46,640 nucleotides of DNA from Chiloscyllium plagiosum (lineage: Eukaryota), in the NCBI RefSeq assembly GCF_004010195.1, contig NC_057718.1:58484786-58531425 (forward strand). The letters are read 5' to 3'. Positions 24,069 to 36,654 of the stretch are shown here, piece by piece. The notes below the pieces were generated by a model. The model had not been told where the DNA came from. It saw nothing but the letters and a program-made list of their open reading frames with translations, and searched no databases. The stretch's first letter is position 1; every line of letters starts with the position of its first letter. Both the position numbers and the translations under genes were made by a program.

Positions 24069-25655
24069 TTAGGGAGGATATTCCTGGAAATACATTCAGT
24101 GAAGTTATTTGGGTAGAACTGAGAAATAAGAAAGGGAAGATCACCTTATTGGGATTGTATTATAGACCCCCAAATAGTCAGCAGGAAATTGAGAAACAAA
24201 TTTGCAAGATTTCAGTTATCTGGAAGAATAATACGGTGGTTATGGTAGGGGATTTTAATTCTATAAACCTAGACTGGGAAAGGTAAGGGTTCAGATTGAG
24301 AGGAAAGTGTGAACAAGAAAATTTTCTCATTCAGTATGTGGATGTACCTACTAGGGAAGATGCAAAACTTGACCTACTCTTGGGAAATAAGGCAGGGCAG
24401 GTGACTGAGGTGTCAGTGGGGGAGCACGTTGGTGCTAGCGACCATAATTCTATTAGTTCTAAAATAGTGATGGAAAAGGATAGACCAGATCTAAAAGTTG
24501 AAGTTCTAAATCGGAGGAAGGCTAAGTTTAACAGTATTAGGCTAGAATTTTCAAAAGTTGATGAGGGCAGATGTTTGCAGGTAAAGGAATGGCTGGAAAG
24601 TGGAAAGTCTTCAGAAATGAGATAACAGGAGTCCAGAGACAGTATACTGTTAGGGTGAAAGGAAAGGTTGTAAGTGTAGGGAATGCTGGATGACTAGAGA
24701 ACTTGAGGGTTTGGTTAAGAAAAAGAAGGAAGCATATGTCAGGTATTGACAGGATAGATCGAGTGAATCTTGAGAGTATAAAGGCAGTAAGAGTATAATT
24801 AAAAGGGAAATCAGGGGGGCAAAAAGGGGACATGAGATAGCTTTGGCAAATAGGATTAAGGAGAACCCAAAGGGTTTTTATAAATACATCAAGGACAAAA
24901 GGGTAACTAGGGAGAGAATAGGACCCTCAAAGATCAGCAAGGTGGCCTTTGTGTGGGGCTGCAGAAGATAGGGGAGATACTAGATGAGTATTTTGCATCA
25001 GTGTTTACTGTGGAGAAGGACATGGAAGATATAGAATGGAGGGAAAGAGATGGTGACATCTTGAAAAATGTCTATATTACAGAGGAGGAAGTCTTGAAAC
25101 GCATAAAGATGGATAAATCCCCAGGACCTGATCAGGTGTATTCTAAAACTCTGTGAGAAGCTAGGGAAGTGATTTCTGGGCTCTTTGCTGAGATATTTGC
25201 ATCATTGATAGTCACAGGTGAGGTGTTGAAAGACTGGAGGTTGGCTAACATGGTACCACTATTTAAGAAAGGTGGCAAGGACAAGCTAGGGAACTAGTGA
25301 GCCTGATGTCGGTGGTGGACAAGTTGTTGGAAGGAATCCTGAGGGACAGGATTTAAATATATTTGGAACGGCAGGGACTGATTAGGGATAGTCAACATGG
25401 CTTTGTGGGTGGGAAATCATGTCTCATAAACTTGATTGAGTTTTTTGAAGAAGTAACAAAGAGGATTGATGAGGGCAGTATGGTGGATGTGATCTATATG
25501 GACTTCAGTAAGGCGTTCGACAAGGTTCCCCATAGGAGACTGATTAACAAGGTTAGATCTCACGGAATACAGGGAGAACTAGCCATTTGGATATAGAACA
25601 GGCTCGAAGGTAGAAGACAGAGGGTACTGGTGGAGGGCTATCTTTCACACTGGAG

Positions 25656-26370
25656 GCCTGTGATCAGTGGAGTGCCACAAGGATCAATGCTGGGTCCTCT
25701 ACTTTTCACCACTTATATAAATGATTTGGATGTGAACATAGGAGGTATACTTAGTTACTAAGTTTGCAGATGACACCAAAATTGGAGGTGTAGTGGGCAG
25801 TGAAAAAGGTTATCTCAGATCACAATGGGTCTTGATCAGATGGGCCAATGGGCTGAGGAGTGACAGATGGAGTTTAATTTAGATAAATATGAGGTGTTGT
25901 ATTTTGGGAAAACAAATCAAAACAGGACTTATACACTTGATGGAAAGGTCCTAGAGAGTGTTGCTGAAAAAAGAGACCTTGGAGTACAAGTTCATAGTTC
26001 CTTGAAAGTAGAGCCTGTGATCAGTGGAGTGCCACAAGGATCAATGCTGGGTCCTCTACTTTTCACCACTTATATAAATGATTTGGATGTGAACATAGGA
26101 GGTATACTTAGTTACTAAGTTTGCAGATGACACCAAAATTGGAGGTGTAGTGGGCAGCGAAAAAGGTTACCTCAGATCACAATGGGTCTTGATCAGATGG
26201 GCCAATGGGCTGAGGAGTGACAGGTGGAGTTTAATTTAGATAAATATGAGCTGTTGTATTTTGGGAAAACAAATCAAAACAGGACTTATACACTTGATGG
26301 AAAGGTCCTAGAGAGTGTTGCTGAAAAAAGAGACCTTGGAGTGCAAGTTCATAGTTCCTTGAAAGTAGAG
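25656..26370 (+). repeat. 357-bp tandem duplication within the CR1 RT region
   Basis: 25656-26012 repeats at 26013-26369; I counted five substitutions. Confidence 0.95.
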
Positions 26371-27504
26371 TCTCAGGTAGCTAGGATAGTGATTAAGGCA
26401 TTTGGTGTGCTTTCCTTTATTGGTCAGAGTATTGAGTACAGGAGTTGGGAGGTCATGTTGCGGCTGTACAGGACATTGGTTAGGCCACCGTTGGAATATT
26501 GTGTGCAATTCTGTTCTCCTTCCTAGCGGAACGATGTTGTGAAACTTGAAAGGGTTCGGAAAAGATTTACAAGGGTGTTGCAAGGGTTGGAGGATCTGAT
26601 CTACAGGGAGGGGTTGAATAGGCTGGGGCTGTTTTCCTGGAGTGTCAGAGGCTGAGGGGTGACGTTATCGTAGTTTATAAAATCATGAAGGCCATGGATA
26701 GGATAAATAGACAAGGTATTTTTCCTGGGGTGGGGGAGTCCAGAACTAGAGGGCATAGGTTTAGGGTGAGAGGGGAAATATATAAAAGAAACCTAAGGGG
26801 CAACCTTTTCACGTGGAGGGTGTATGGAATGAGCTGTCAGAGGAATGGTGGAGGCTGGTACAATTACAACATTTAAAAGACATCTGGATGGGTGTACGAC
26901 TAGGAGGGTTTGGAGGGATATGGGTTGGGCGCTTGCCAGTGGGACTAGATTAGGTTAGGAAATCTGGGCGGCATGGAAGAATTGGACTGAAGGGTCTGCT
27001 TCTGTGCTATACACCTCTGTGACTCTAGTGTGAACCTTGTAATTGGCTCCTTGCGTTTGAACCGGCAAAGTATATTTTAATTAAAGTTTGATATAGCTCA
27101 TATGGATTAATAAATAAAACCTTTGCTGGGACCAACTGGGGATTTTAAAAAGGGTGAGGTTATTCACACCTCTGTACCTGGCCCAAGCAAGTGGTACAAT
27201 ATGCATCTTCCCATTGCAGAACATTGTATGTATGTACATACAATCTTTGGGTTACCTTTAACATAGAGTCAATCTTACAAGTGAATTCAAGACAACAAAT
27301 AATAATTTATATTGTGCTTTAACTATAGTTCTTTGAAGAAAAATCATTCACACTTGTTCATCAATGATTTAGAATTCCATTAGTAGGACAGATCAATGTA
27401 TTGTAGCTTTGAAGAAAATTAAATGGTCTTGAGCACCACTTTACAAGTATTGTATAGATGAGTGACATTTAACTTGGTGTGCATATATGACCTATTGTAG
27501 ATAC

Positions 27505-27544
27505 CTGCATGAAATTGTCTTTAAGAACCTTTCCTGAAAGATGT
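27505..27544 (-). CDS. Predicted internal exon (40 nt): HLSGKVLKDNFMQ
   Basis: Acceptor TTTTTTGCAATCTCATTGTAAATTTCAG, donor CAG|GTATCT, phase 2 to 0. Confidence 0.6.
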
Positions 27545-28727
27545 CTGAAATTTACAATGAGATTGCAAAAAAGGCAAATTTACAGTAAATAGTCAATCAT
27601 TTAAGGTAATAAAAGCGATCCAGGAAGTCAATGTGTACAGAATATTCTTGTATTATATATAAAAAAGACAACTTGATGTCTACCCTTATCACAACCAACA
27701 AAGAATTTGACCAGCAAGAATGGAGTGAAAATGTTTGTGTCTTCCATTACTGAATGGCCTTGTTTGCATTTTATTTGGCACAAAGTACTTGCAGTGATGA
27801 GATTGATAGCCTGGCTACTATTTTTTATTGATAATGTTACATATCAATTTATGCTTTCTTATGTGGAGGAAATAATGCAGTACTTGGGAAGATGAGTCAA
27901 ATTCTGTTCTGAAATAATACCATAAAAGGAATTTGTTCTGCCTCACTGGGATCTGGAAACCAAGTCCACTTTTTCCCAAAATCATCACAAAAGTTAATGA
28001 TGTTATAAAGTATGTAAAGTTTCCCAAGTTACCTGATTTTCCAGGCACAATTAATAGAAAGTATGGAATAGATTTATGTACTGAACAAGAATTCTGATTT
28101 ATTACAAGCTATTAGACTGTAGCTACAGGTAAACAGTTATAAACTGTTGGCATATAATACTATTAATTAAAACTCATCCTTATGTAAACACACACAACAG
28201 TTCTACTGGTTAGGATATTGATTTGTAGTTATCTTTGTATATTGGGATATCCTTACAGGGAGGTTTGCTGGTGCCACTTGGGAGGGTTTAAAATAATATG
28301 GCTGGAGGTGAGCTGTAGCAGAGGTCAGGATGTGAGGAAAATTTAAAGGTTAAAACAATGAACAAGCAGAACCAGTTAAATGAACAAGGTGTGACTATTA
28401 AAAAGTGTTGAGTAAATCATGAGGGAGAAATAACAAAAAAGATGCTGAAGGACAGGAATGAGTGTACAGCCAAAATTAGAGTTCTTTGTACAGATGCACA
28501 GTGTAAAGAACACAGTAAATGAGCTACAGACACAAATTGAAATTGGAAATTATGATATAGTAGTCATTACAGAGGCATGGGTGCAGGATGGTCCGGACTG
28601 GGAAGTGAATGCACCAGGTTAAGAAGTTTATGGTAGGGGTAGAGAAAATGGCAGAAGGGGTGAAATAGTATTACTGATTCGAAACAGAATCACTTCTATG
28701 GTGAGGGAGGATGTAATAGGGCAAAAG

Positions 28728-28955
28728 GGGTTCAGTTTAGCTCAGTTGGCTAGATGATTGATTTGCTAAGCACTTTAATGTAAAACAGTGTGGGTTCAAT
28801 CTGAATGCCAGCTGACGTTGCCATGAAGGACACTCCTTCTCAACTTCTCCACTCACCTGAGGTAGGATGGCCCTCAGGTTATATCAACATCTGTCATCTG
28901 TCTCTAATGAGAGAGCAGCTCTGTGGTCTGGTAAGGTTATGACGACTTGACTTAA
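28728..28955 (+). mobile_element. Second tRNA-derived SINE family copy nested in CR1
   Basis: A-box TAGCTCAGTTGG, B-box GGTTCAATC, body shared with 6055-6280. Confidence 0.78.
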
Positions 28956-29177
28956 ATGAGTGTAAAATACCTAATGGAGATCTTATGGGTGGAACTGAGG
29001 AACTGAGGAATCATAAAGGAACTAAATGCACAAAGTGTCATATATAAACTGCCTGGTAGCAGTTCAGAAGGGCTAGATTGTATAAATGCTGAAATTTGGC
29101 ACCTATGTAGTAAAGGCAGAATAATATTAATGAGGGATGTTAATCTTAGCATAGACTGTAAGAGACAGACAATCACC

Positions 29178-30100
29178 TGTTCATTGTTAGGCTGAAGGTA
29201 ATTAATGGGTTCTTTAAGGTCTAATCAAAATTAATACAAGAAGACAAGTAAACTTTAATATGAAGCTAATTTATTAGCTAAATCCACTAAATATATATTT
29301 ATGACATATAAAAGCTAATGAGTGAATAAATTGGCTTAAACTACATTATATGTATTTTATATATAGATATAGCATGGACCAGTGGAATGACTAAATGAAT
29401 TTACTCAACACCCAGAGTGCACTTGCAGTGTCATTGTAGATATCTCTCTCTCTCTCTCTCTCTCTCAATCAGCTGAAGATAATAAAGGGCGCACGTTTGT
29501 TGGATTCATCTTTCAGGTTTTACCTGCTGGTTTGGCTGGATGGTGGCCAACCTAAGCTGCCAGCGTGACCAACGCAGCAGTCAATTTACCAATCACTTCC
29601 TTTAATTCTAACGCCTCCTGAGATAACATATGGGAGCTGCTCAGCAGAATCCACCCCATTTGGGTGACACTCTTGGCATTTGCTCTGGGGAAGCTACTTG
29701 CTCCAGAGAAACCTTTATTTCACAGAGTAACTCCCGACATTTTGCTCCAAATCCCTCTTCCAATACTGTGGGGATCCTAACTCATCCAACCAGTTCACTA
29801 ATACAGCAAAACCAATGCAATGTTTCACCAGCCATGTTATCCTTGTTCTGCTTAAATATTTTGCTCAGACCCTGCTCACAGCATCAAGTGTATTATTAGG
29901 TTTAAAGTACCTAATAATGATTACAAGATGACACATGCACTTTAATCTACTTAATATATATTTTAAAATATGCAAATTAATGAGTGAATCAGTTTAAACA
30001 ACATGATATACAGACAAGTGAGTTTTGCACTGCCTTCTAATTAACCCTTAATAATTAACCCTTAGTAATCTAATTTGAAGACATTGTTTTTAATTTTAAC
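29178..30100 (-). mobile_element. Internally deleted LTR element / endogenous retrovirus relic (tRNA-Ser PBS, gag N-terminal remnant)
   Basis: Two diverged direct repeats start with TGT at 29178 and 29889. 29869-29886 (ACCCTGCTCACAGCATCA) resembles a tRNA-Ser 3' end, i.e. a minus-strand PBS 2 nt from the LTR's CA end. Decayed ORF 29835-29552 contains MGWILLSS...ELKEVIGKL. Confidence 0.62.
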
Positions 30101-31060
30101 TTGCCAGAAGGGTTGAGAATTTCTAGAGTGTGTCCACAATAATTTCCTATGGCAATATGTCTTGGATGTGACAAGGGAACAAGCAATATTGGTTCTAGTA
30201 ATGGGCAAATAACTTAGTTGTTTGTCAGCATTTGTCAAATAGTGATCATAGCATGATTCAGTTTCATGTAGCATTTGTAAGAGATAAGTAAAATTTGGAT
30301 ACTAGAATTCTGGATTTAAGTAAGACAGAATTTAATGGGATGAGGCAGAGACTGTCCACAGTAAACTGGGAAGTTCTGCCAATAGACAAAACAACCGAGA
30401 AACAGTGAAGGGAATTCGAAGAAACATTTAATGCTGTTCAGAAGCAGTTTGTACCCATGAGAAGGAAAAGCTCAACCTCACAAAAAAAAACCCATGATCA
30501 TTTATGGAGGTAATGGACAGCACAAAATTAAAAGAAATTGTTATAAAAATACAGAGATCAGTACAGATCCCTCAGTATGGGACAAATGCAAAGATCAACA
30601 AAGGGCCACAAAGTGGCCTGTAAGAGCAGGTAAAAAAGATTATGAAAGGAAACTTGCAATGGACACAAAGTACAATAAGAGATTTTATAGTTATGTAACA
30701 TGATAGTCACTGGTTAAGAAGGCTGAGAAGTTTCTATTGTCAATGACCATGGGGAAATGGCAGACATGCTGAATAATTAGTATTTACATCAGTAAAGGAG
30801 GATAGCTTGCTGGAAGTCTAAAATAAATTAGAGGATTGGGGTCAGAATCAAAATAAAATGAACGTAAATAAATCATCAATAATGGGGAAATTAATGGAAC
30901 TGAAGAGTGACATATTGACTGGTGGAGCAGGCATGAGGGGCTGAATGGCCTGTTCCTGTGTTCCTATGTCTATTTTTGGGAACTTTATTATGTGACATAA
31001 GGTGGTTGATGCACAGAAAATATCTGACTTATCAGTTAAAGTCACAGCTTACAACAACTA

Positions 31061-31837
31061 CAGGGGAACCTCGATTATCCAAATATCAATTATCCGAAAA
31101 TTGGATTATCCGAAGGAGATCTCGAAGTCCCGATGGAAACATTACAACAAAGACGTGTTTTCAACAATGATTGCATCTTTTGTTTACAGTGAGTAAATAG
31201 GCACCGTCTCCAAATGACTGACTTCGCGCCCTTTTTCCTCACACTTTCCCTGGAGTTCTACATAGGGGTGTACCCTAAACCCCCTTTCCCCACATAATCT
31301 CTCCAACATTGTCCTGTACAGGGCAAAGGTGGAAACTGTGGTGTGTGTAGACTTATCCCACAAAGGCAACTACAGCAGTCATATTGTTGGTGTCCAGTCC
31401 AGCTGCCCTGGAGAGGGGGTGGGTGTGTATGGGGTTGGGAGGTTGGGGGCGGAGTTGGACCGGGGCAGGGGGTGGTGTTGGACCGGGGGCAGGGGGCNNN
31501 NNNNNNNNNNNNNNNNNNNNNNNNNNNNNNNNNNNNNNNNNNNNNNNNNNNNNNNNNNNNNNNNGGGTGTGATTGACGGGGATGGGGGCAGGGGAGTTGG
31601 GGACAGAGTTGGGTGCCATGTTGGACAGGTTTGGGGGGACGTGGGGGCCGTGCTGGGCTGGGGCAGGTGTTGGAGATGGGGACTCTCGCACTGTGTGCTG
31701 CTGCTGTCTCTTAAACAGAGAGCAGACTTTAAAACTCCGAGCCCCTGAGGAAAGGCATTTAATCGATTAACTGAATAATCAATTATCCGAACGAAGTAGT
31801 GCTCGCTCATCACATTTGGATAATTGAGGTTCTCCTG
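31061..31837. mobile_element. Non-autonomous Tc1/mariner (pogo/Tigger-type) element
   Basis: 24-bp TIRs CAGG(G/A)GAACCTC(G/A)ATTATCCAAAT (22/24 match), TA on both flanks, subterminal ATTATCCGAA repeats, and a G-rich core with an N gap at 31498-31564. Confidence 0.88.
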
Positions 31838-32644
31838 TATTTTGGAAAAGATAAACTGCTTTCTTCAGATTTACAGTGAGTTTTGACTGCAGAGAACAGA
31901 GAGATTGCTCCGAAGCAGGGGAAGAACAGATTGTTCCTCTCATTGTAACTTGTTCCCAGTTGCAAGCAGTTCAGTTACCTGAGAACCAATCATACAGTTG
32001 TTAGCAGGCAAAAAAAAATCTGTTATTGATAATTGGTCACGTGTCCACAGCCAATCAACTTCTTGTTGCTAACACTCTGCTTATGGGTCCAAATAATCTG
32101 CAACTGAAACTTCAATTACTACTTGTTCAAACAGTTCTTTTTACATGATGGTTGGTATGAGTATCGACTTACTTGTTTTAAGAACATTCAGCCACCTCTT
32201 AAACACTGTTTTGAAATAACACTTTCTAATTTCAGTCCACAGTTTCTTTTGAAAACACCAAATAAAAAAAAGATATTTTACAAAGTCAGACTGAAGGATA
32301 CTGTACATTCTGATGGCAACTCAGCAATATTTCTAATTGTGATTTTCCATACTTTATAATCTTAAAAATCGATTAAATCTAACAGGTCTGCACTCAGCAA
32401 CAAAATTTAAGCTTATTGTTGCTGAACTTCATTCTTCAATTTCCTTTCCATTGCAACATTCTTGTATAAATGGATCTTTATCTGGGACAATGTGATTGAC
32501 CAGGATGAACACCTATTGTTGTGCTCACTGATTTATTGTCATTTTACCATAAATATGTGATGATTTTGAGAGGTGTTCATCAAAAAGCAAACAAATGTGA
32601 ACTAAACATCCTTAAACAATTAAGGGAAGACATTGGTAGACATA

Positions 32645-33008
32645 CCACAGTGCAGTGAAGCTATCACTGACCAATATTCCTGACCCCCAGGCTAGTCTTC
32701 TGAAGACCTGAGTTCAAATCTCACTATAGCAGCTGGTGGAATTTAAATTCAGTTAATAAAATCGGAAATTGAAAGCTAGTCTCAGTAATAGTGACAAAGA
32801 AACAGTTGATTACTTATTCCAAATCTCATCTGGTTCACTAATGTCCTCTAGGAAGGAGATTTGCTGTCCTCAACTTGTTGGCTTAAGTGTGACCCTAGCT
32901 AAATCCATGATTGACTCTTAAATGACCCAGGAAGCCACTCCATTCGAGGACAATTAGGAATGTTAGCCTTGCTGGCAATACCTACATCACATGAAAGAAT
33001 AAAGAAAA
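32645..33008 (+). mobile_element. Third tRNA-derived SINE family, diverged
   Basis: B-box GAGTTCAAATC, core CATCTGGTTCACTAATGTCCT.TAGGAAGGA and tail CAATTAGG...CATGAAAGAATAAA. The same tail recurs at 38180-38252. Confidence 0.7.
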
Positions 33009-35261
33009 TTAATGCATTCTTGGAAAGACCAAAGAAAATCAATTATTCACTTCTAACTGACCTAAAGATGTACTGAGCAGATATTAAACCTATAGAGCCA
33101 AATTAACAAGCCAAATTAAACAGCAGCAGAATATTGGATTGAGATTTACGTTGTATAGTACTTCCATTCTTATTAGAGAGTGTGTTGCCCCATTTAAAGG
33201 GACACCTTAATTTGTTTGGTGTAAGAAACACGTGAAAGCTACAATATTCCTGTCTTATATTTTTTGATCGGAGGAGTATTATTTGCCACCACCTGTTATT
33301 GGAAATACGTCGGAAAATATAATGCCCATTTTCATGTTTTTAACTTTACCAACATTAGTCTAGTGTGGACCTAGAAATGTAATGCCCATCATCATCATTA
33401 TCCCTATTACATATAAATAAAAAGTACAATTTAATGCAAGTGCTATATGCATCCGTTGATAAACTATATTTAAGGGATTAGTCAAATGCTTACCACATAG
33501 TATATTGAATCAGGTTTTGATCCTGAAGTTGCAAAGCACTCAGACAGCCTATTTTTGCCTGCTTGTTCACAAGTTATTTGGACCTGTCACTTGTGAAGTA
33601 ACTTCAATGTGCGTCTGCTTATGATTCTCATCAAAAGTGTGTACATAGAGCAAGTGTATGAATGCTATGGGAACATGACAACAGTAAGATGTGATCATTT
33701 TGCCTATTGATTACTTCATGGTTGAATACTTCTTACTTTATTGAGAATTACTTTTAATAAAAGAAACTACCTTTGATGAAGTTTCAATGAATTAGAAAAG
33801 AAAGATCATGCATTTCTGTCTTTTGCCAGGATTCCTAATTTTAGGTAGATAAGAGAAAAACTATTGAGTTGCATTTGACGAGTTTGATTTTAATTTTGAG
33901 AGTACGATTAGTTTGGTAAATGTAGTATATGCTTACATTATTATTTAATTTCAAGCCACAGGGTTTTTAAATTGATGGCTTCAGTTGTTAATCTCCATCA
34001 TTGTTTTGCCAATTGCTTTAGAGTTGACACTTTTTTTTACAAATGAGTTTTGTTTGTAGGCTTTTCATAGTTAGTTTTCTTTTGCATGTTACTTCATTGT
34101 GGGGATATTTTACCATAAATATACTGTAGTTTCCTTTTACTTTCATTGCACAATTCTAGATTTTCTTTGTTTTTGTGAAAGTTGATATGTCTATATTTCT
34201 CAAAATCTTCCAATACCAGTTTCGGTTGTAGTATCAAACATAATCCTGACATTCTTTTCTGCTGTTTTGTTGGAATTACTTGTTTTCTTCAGCACACACC
34301 TTACAGGATTCATTTTGCTTGCATTCCTTTGTTTATTTTACACAATTGATCTCTTATCACAAATTATCTCTTATACCCGATTAGTTTATGAAGCATTGTA
34401 AACCTATTTTACCAAATAATAAATGTTGTAAGCATATTAGTTCATAAACTGGCACATTTTATTTTCAACATTTAAATGCAGGGTTGACTAAAGGCAAAAG
34501 CTGGAGAGCCTCCAGGACAGTATTGTGTTTGAAATCCACCTCCTGTTCTGAATATTCCACGACAGCCTTTCCCTCAATTTATCTCTTTTCAATTTTGAAT
34601 CCTCTCCCATGCCCTCCTGCCCTTACTCAATGCTCTCCCTCTGGTCCAAATCAATAGCAAAGCCTTTCACCATCTCTGAAACTCCCTTGCTAAGATCCTT
34701 AAGTTTGGAATTTCATGCTCAGTACACAACTCATACCAATTTAGCAATTATTTCTAACTCTTTCACAAAAGCCTCACACATTCACTCTGTTTCCACCCTT
34801 GTGCAATTCATTGGGTTTTATTTACATTAACAATTTATCATAAATAACAATTGTTGCTTTGTCATACAAGCATATAATTCTAATTAAAACCAGATTGTCA
34901 CTTTTGCTTTTGCAGTCTTTCCATGCTGGTCAGAGTTATGCCACTGAACACTTTGATGCTATGTTAATCAATGTTCTAATTACTTCCATTACTGTACTAT
35001 GTCACAAGAGAAATTTGTAGTCAATCTATATTAGCATTGCAAATCACTCACCTTTGCATCTTACAGCTTTGCCAAAAGAATTAGCACCATGTATTGTGTC
35101 TATCCACATTAATGTAACATGATTGCTTTTAATCCAGTAAATTCATCAAACAATATGGATTATACTTAGTTTTTGTGAGGAACAATAGTTTCGGTCACAA
35201 GTTTATCAAGAAAGTATCTATTTTATTATTTTTTTATATGTCATTTGGCAGTATTACTGAC

Positions 35262-35299
35262 AGCTTCTTGCCCAGGTTGCAGAGAGTATATATTGCAGG
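35262..35299 (-). CDS. Predicted internal exon (38 nt): PAIYTLCNLGKK(L)
   Basis: Strong acceptor TTTTCCTTTCCGTTCCAG, donor CT|GTCAGT (alternative GTAATA 4 nt further), phase 0 to 2. Confidence 0.65.
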
Positions 35300-35509
35300 C
35301 TGGAACGGAAAGGAAAATTTCAATGTCCTCGTTTTGGTGAAAATTTACTGTTACTCCGGCTCCTCCATGAGGAGATGCCTGGCAAATTTGAAACAGTTTT
35401 TTTTCCCCAGAAAGTGGCCAATCCATTCAATTCAGATACAAGCATTCTGATGGTGGATCATCCCACAGCAGTATCTAAAAAGCAGAATCCATACAAAGTA
35501 TTCACTCAC

Positions 35510-35552
35510 TGTCTCAAACCATTTGGTTTGTTTTTCTCCTGAGAGGTCCAAT
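35510..35552 (-). CDS. Predicted internal exon (43 nt): (R)LDLSGEKQTKWFET
   Basis: Strong acceptor TCTTTGTCTTCTCCTGTAG, consensus donor GTGAGT, phase 2 to 0. Confidence 0.7.
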
Positions 35553-35802
35553 CTACAGGAGAAGACAAAGACGTAGCAGTCGGGGAATTTCTGCTAAGAG
35601 TTGGTGATTACTAAATTATGTCTGTCTTATTAGGGTTATGCATTTTAGGAGGATAAAATTGCTAAATGTGTCACTTTTAATGTTTTTGCTGCAATCTTGT
35701 ATCTTCACTTCAACTGCAAGTATCTACTGCATAACAGAATTGATACAATGCTGCCTTTGCATTGTCCACCTGAAAATCAAGACAGAAGTGTACTATAAGA
35801 GA

Positions 35803-35998
35803 ATAAAACAAAGAACTGCAGATGCTGGAGATCTGAAACAAAAAAAATCCAAAAATTGATTGAGAACAGCAGATCTGGTAGAAACTGTTCTGAAGATGAG
35901 TGACTGGATTCGAAATGTTAACTCTACACCTCCAAATCTGTTTTTCTCTTCACATGCTGCCAAACCTGCTGAGTTTCTCAAGCAATTTATGCTTTTTT
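35803..35998. mobile_element. PLE-derived fold-back element with hammerhead remnant
   Basis: Same family as 20495-20690. GTT-CTGAAGA-T-GAGT(GACTGG)ATTC-GAAA-TG-TT-AAC at 35887-35922. Confidence 0.7.
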
Positions 35999-36125
35999 GT
36001 CATCAGAGAGTATAATTGACTCTATTCTGGAAGTCAATTCCATAAAACCCTTCAGCTGTAAATAGGCTGACTTCCTCATATCTGTTAAATGTTTAGTTTA
36101 ATCGTCAGCATCAGGAAGACAGATT

Positions 36126-36283
36126 CAGGGCAACCTCGATTATCCAAATGACACGGGTGGGGAGTATTTTGTTCGGATAATCAAATGTTTGGATAATCAA
36201 AGGTTCGGTTAACACAGTTTACCCAAGCATTGGGATAATCTGAAATTCGGACAATTAATGTTCTGATGATCAAGGTTGTTTTG
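36126..36283. mobile_element. Short MITE related to 31061-31837
   Basis: Left end CAGGGCAACCTCGATTATCCAAAT, internal GGATAATC repeats, degenerate right TIR followed by TA. Confidence 0.7.
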
Positions 36284-36654
36284 TATCATGATTCATGACA
36301 TTGTCAATCCTCATAGATTGTCAATCATTGTCAATCCTCCTATGGCAATGCAATGCTGAAACTTCATATATCTTGCTCCATAATAACCAGCAATCTGTTA
36401 CACAATACTGAAATCAACTCACAAATTGTAAAAGCTACAGGAGAAAAGAATGAACAGTTTCTACATTCACTGCTTAAGATGTACACCCATAATCTCTAGC
36501 AAGGCAAGAACACCATCTCAGAGGTCTTAAAGTCAACAATATATGTGCTGGTTCAACCAAGTTCATTACTGAAGGATGACTGAACACTGAATTGGTCACT
36601 GAGTCAGACCTGCTAGGCATCCATATCCCCACCACAAAAAATTGCTAGCAATAT

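Larger units (their letters stand above)
21335..27027 (+). mobile_element. Near-full-length decayed CR1 LINE (ORF1 SGNH-esterase region, ORF2 APE endonuclease + RT)
   Basis: CLPGARIKDVSERVQ (ORF1), NCVYFNAR...[41 protein letters not shown] and a CR1 tail, with many stops and frameshifts. Interrupted at 22338-24068. Confidence 0.95.
28255..30970 (+). mobile_element. Old fragmented CR1 LINE hosting a SINE and an ERV relic
   Basis: Endonuclease motifs YDIVVITEAW (about 28550) and EFLECV...SDH (30115-30250), with a 3' tail at 30915-30970. Confidence 0.75.

Noticed and set aside
31329..31813. Gly/Pro-rich ORFs
   Set aside because: G-rich core of a MITE, read through an N gap.
35052..35100. Consensus donor AAG|GTGAGT suggesting a further exon
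   Set aside because: No good acceptor, and the only open frame is phase 1-1, incompatible with the neighbouring exons.
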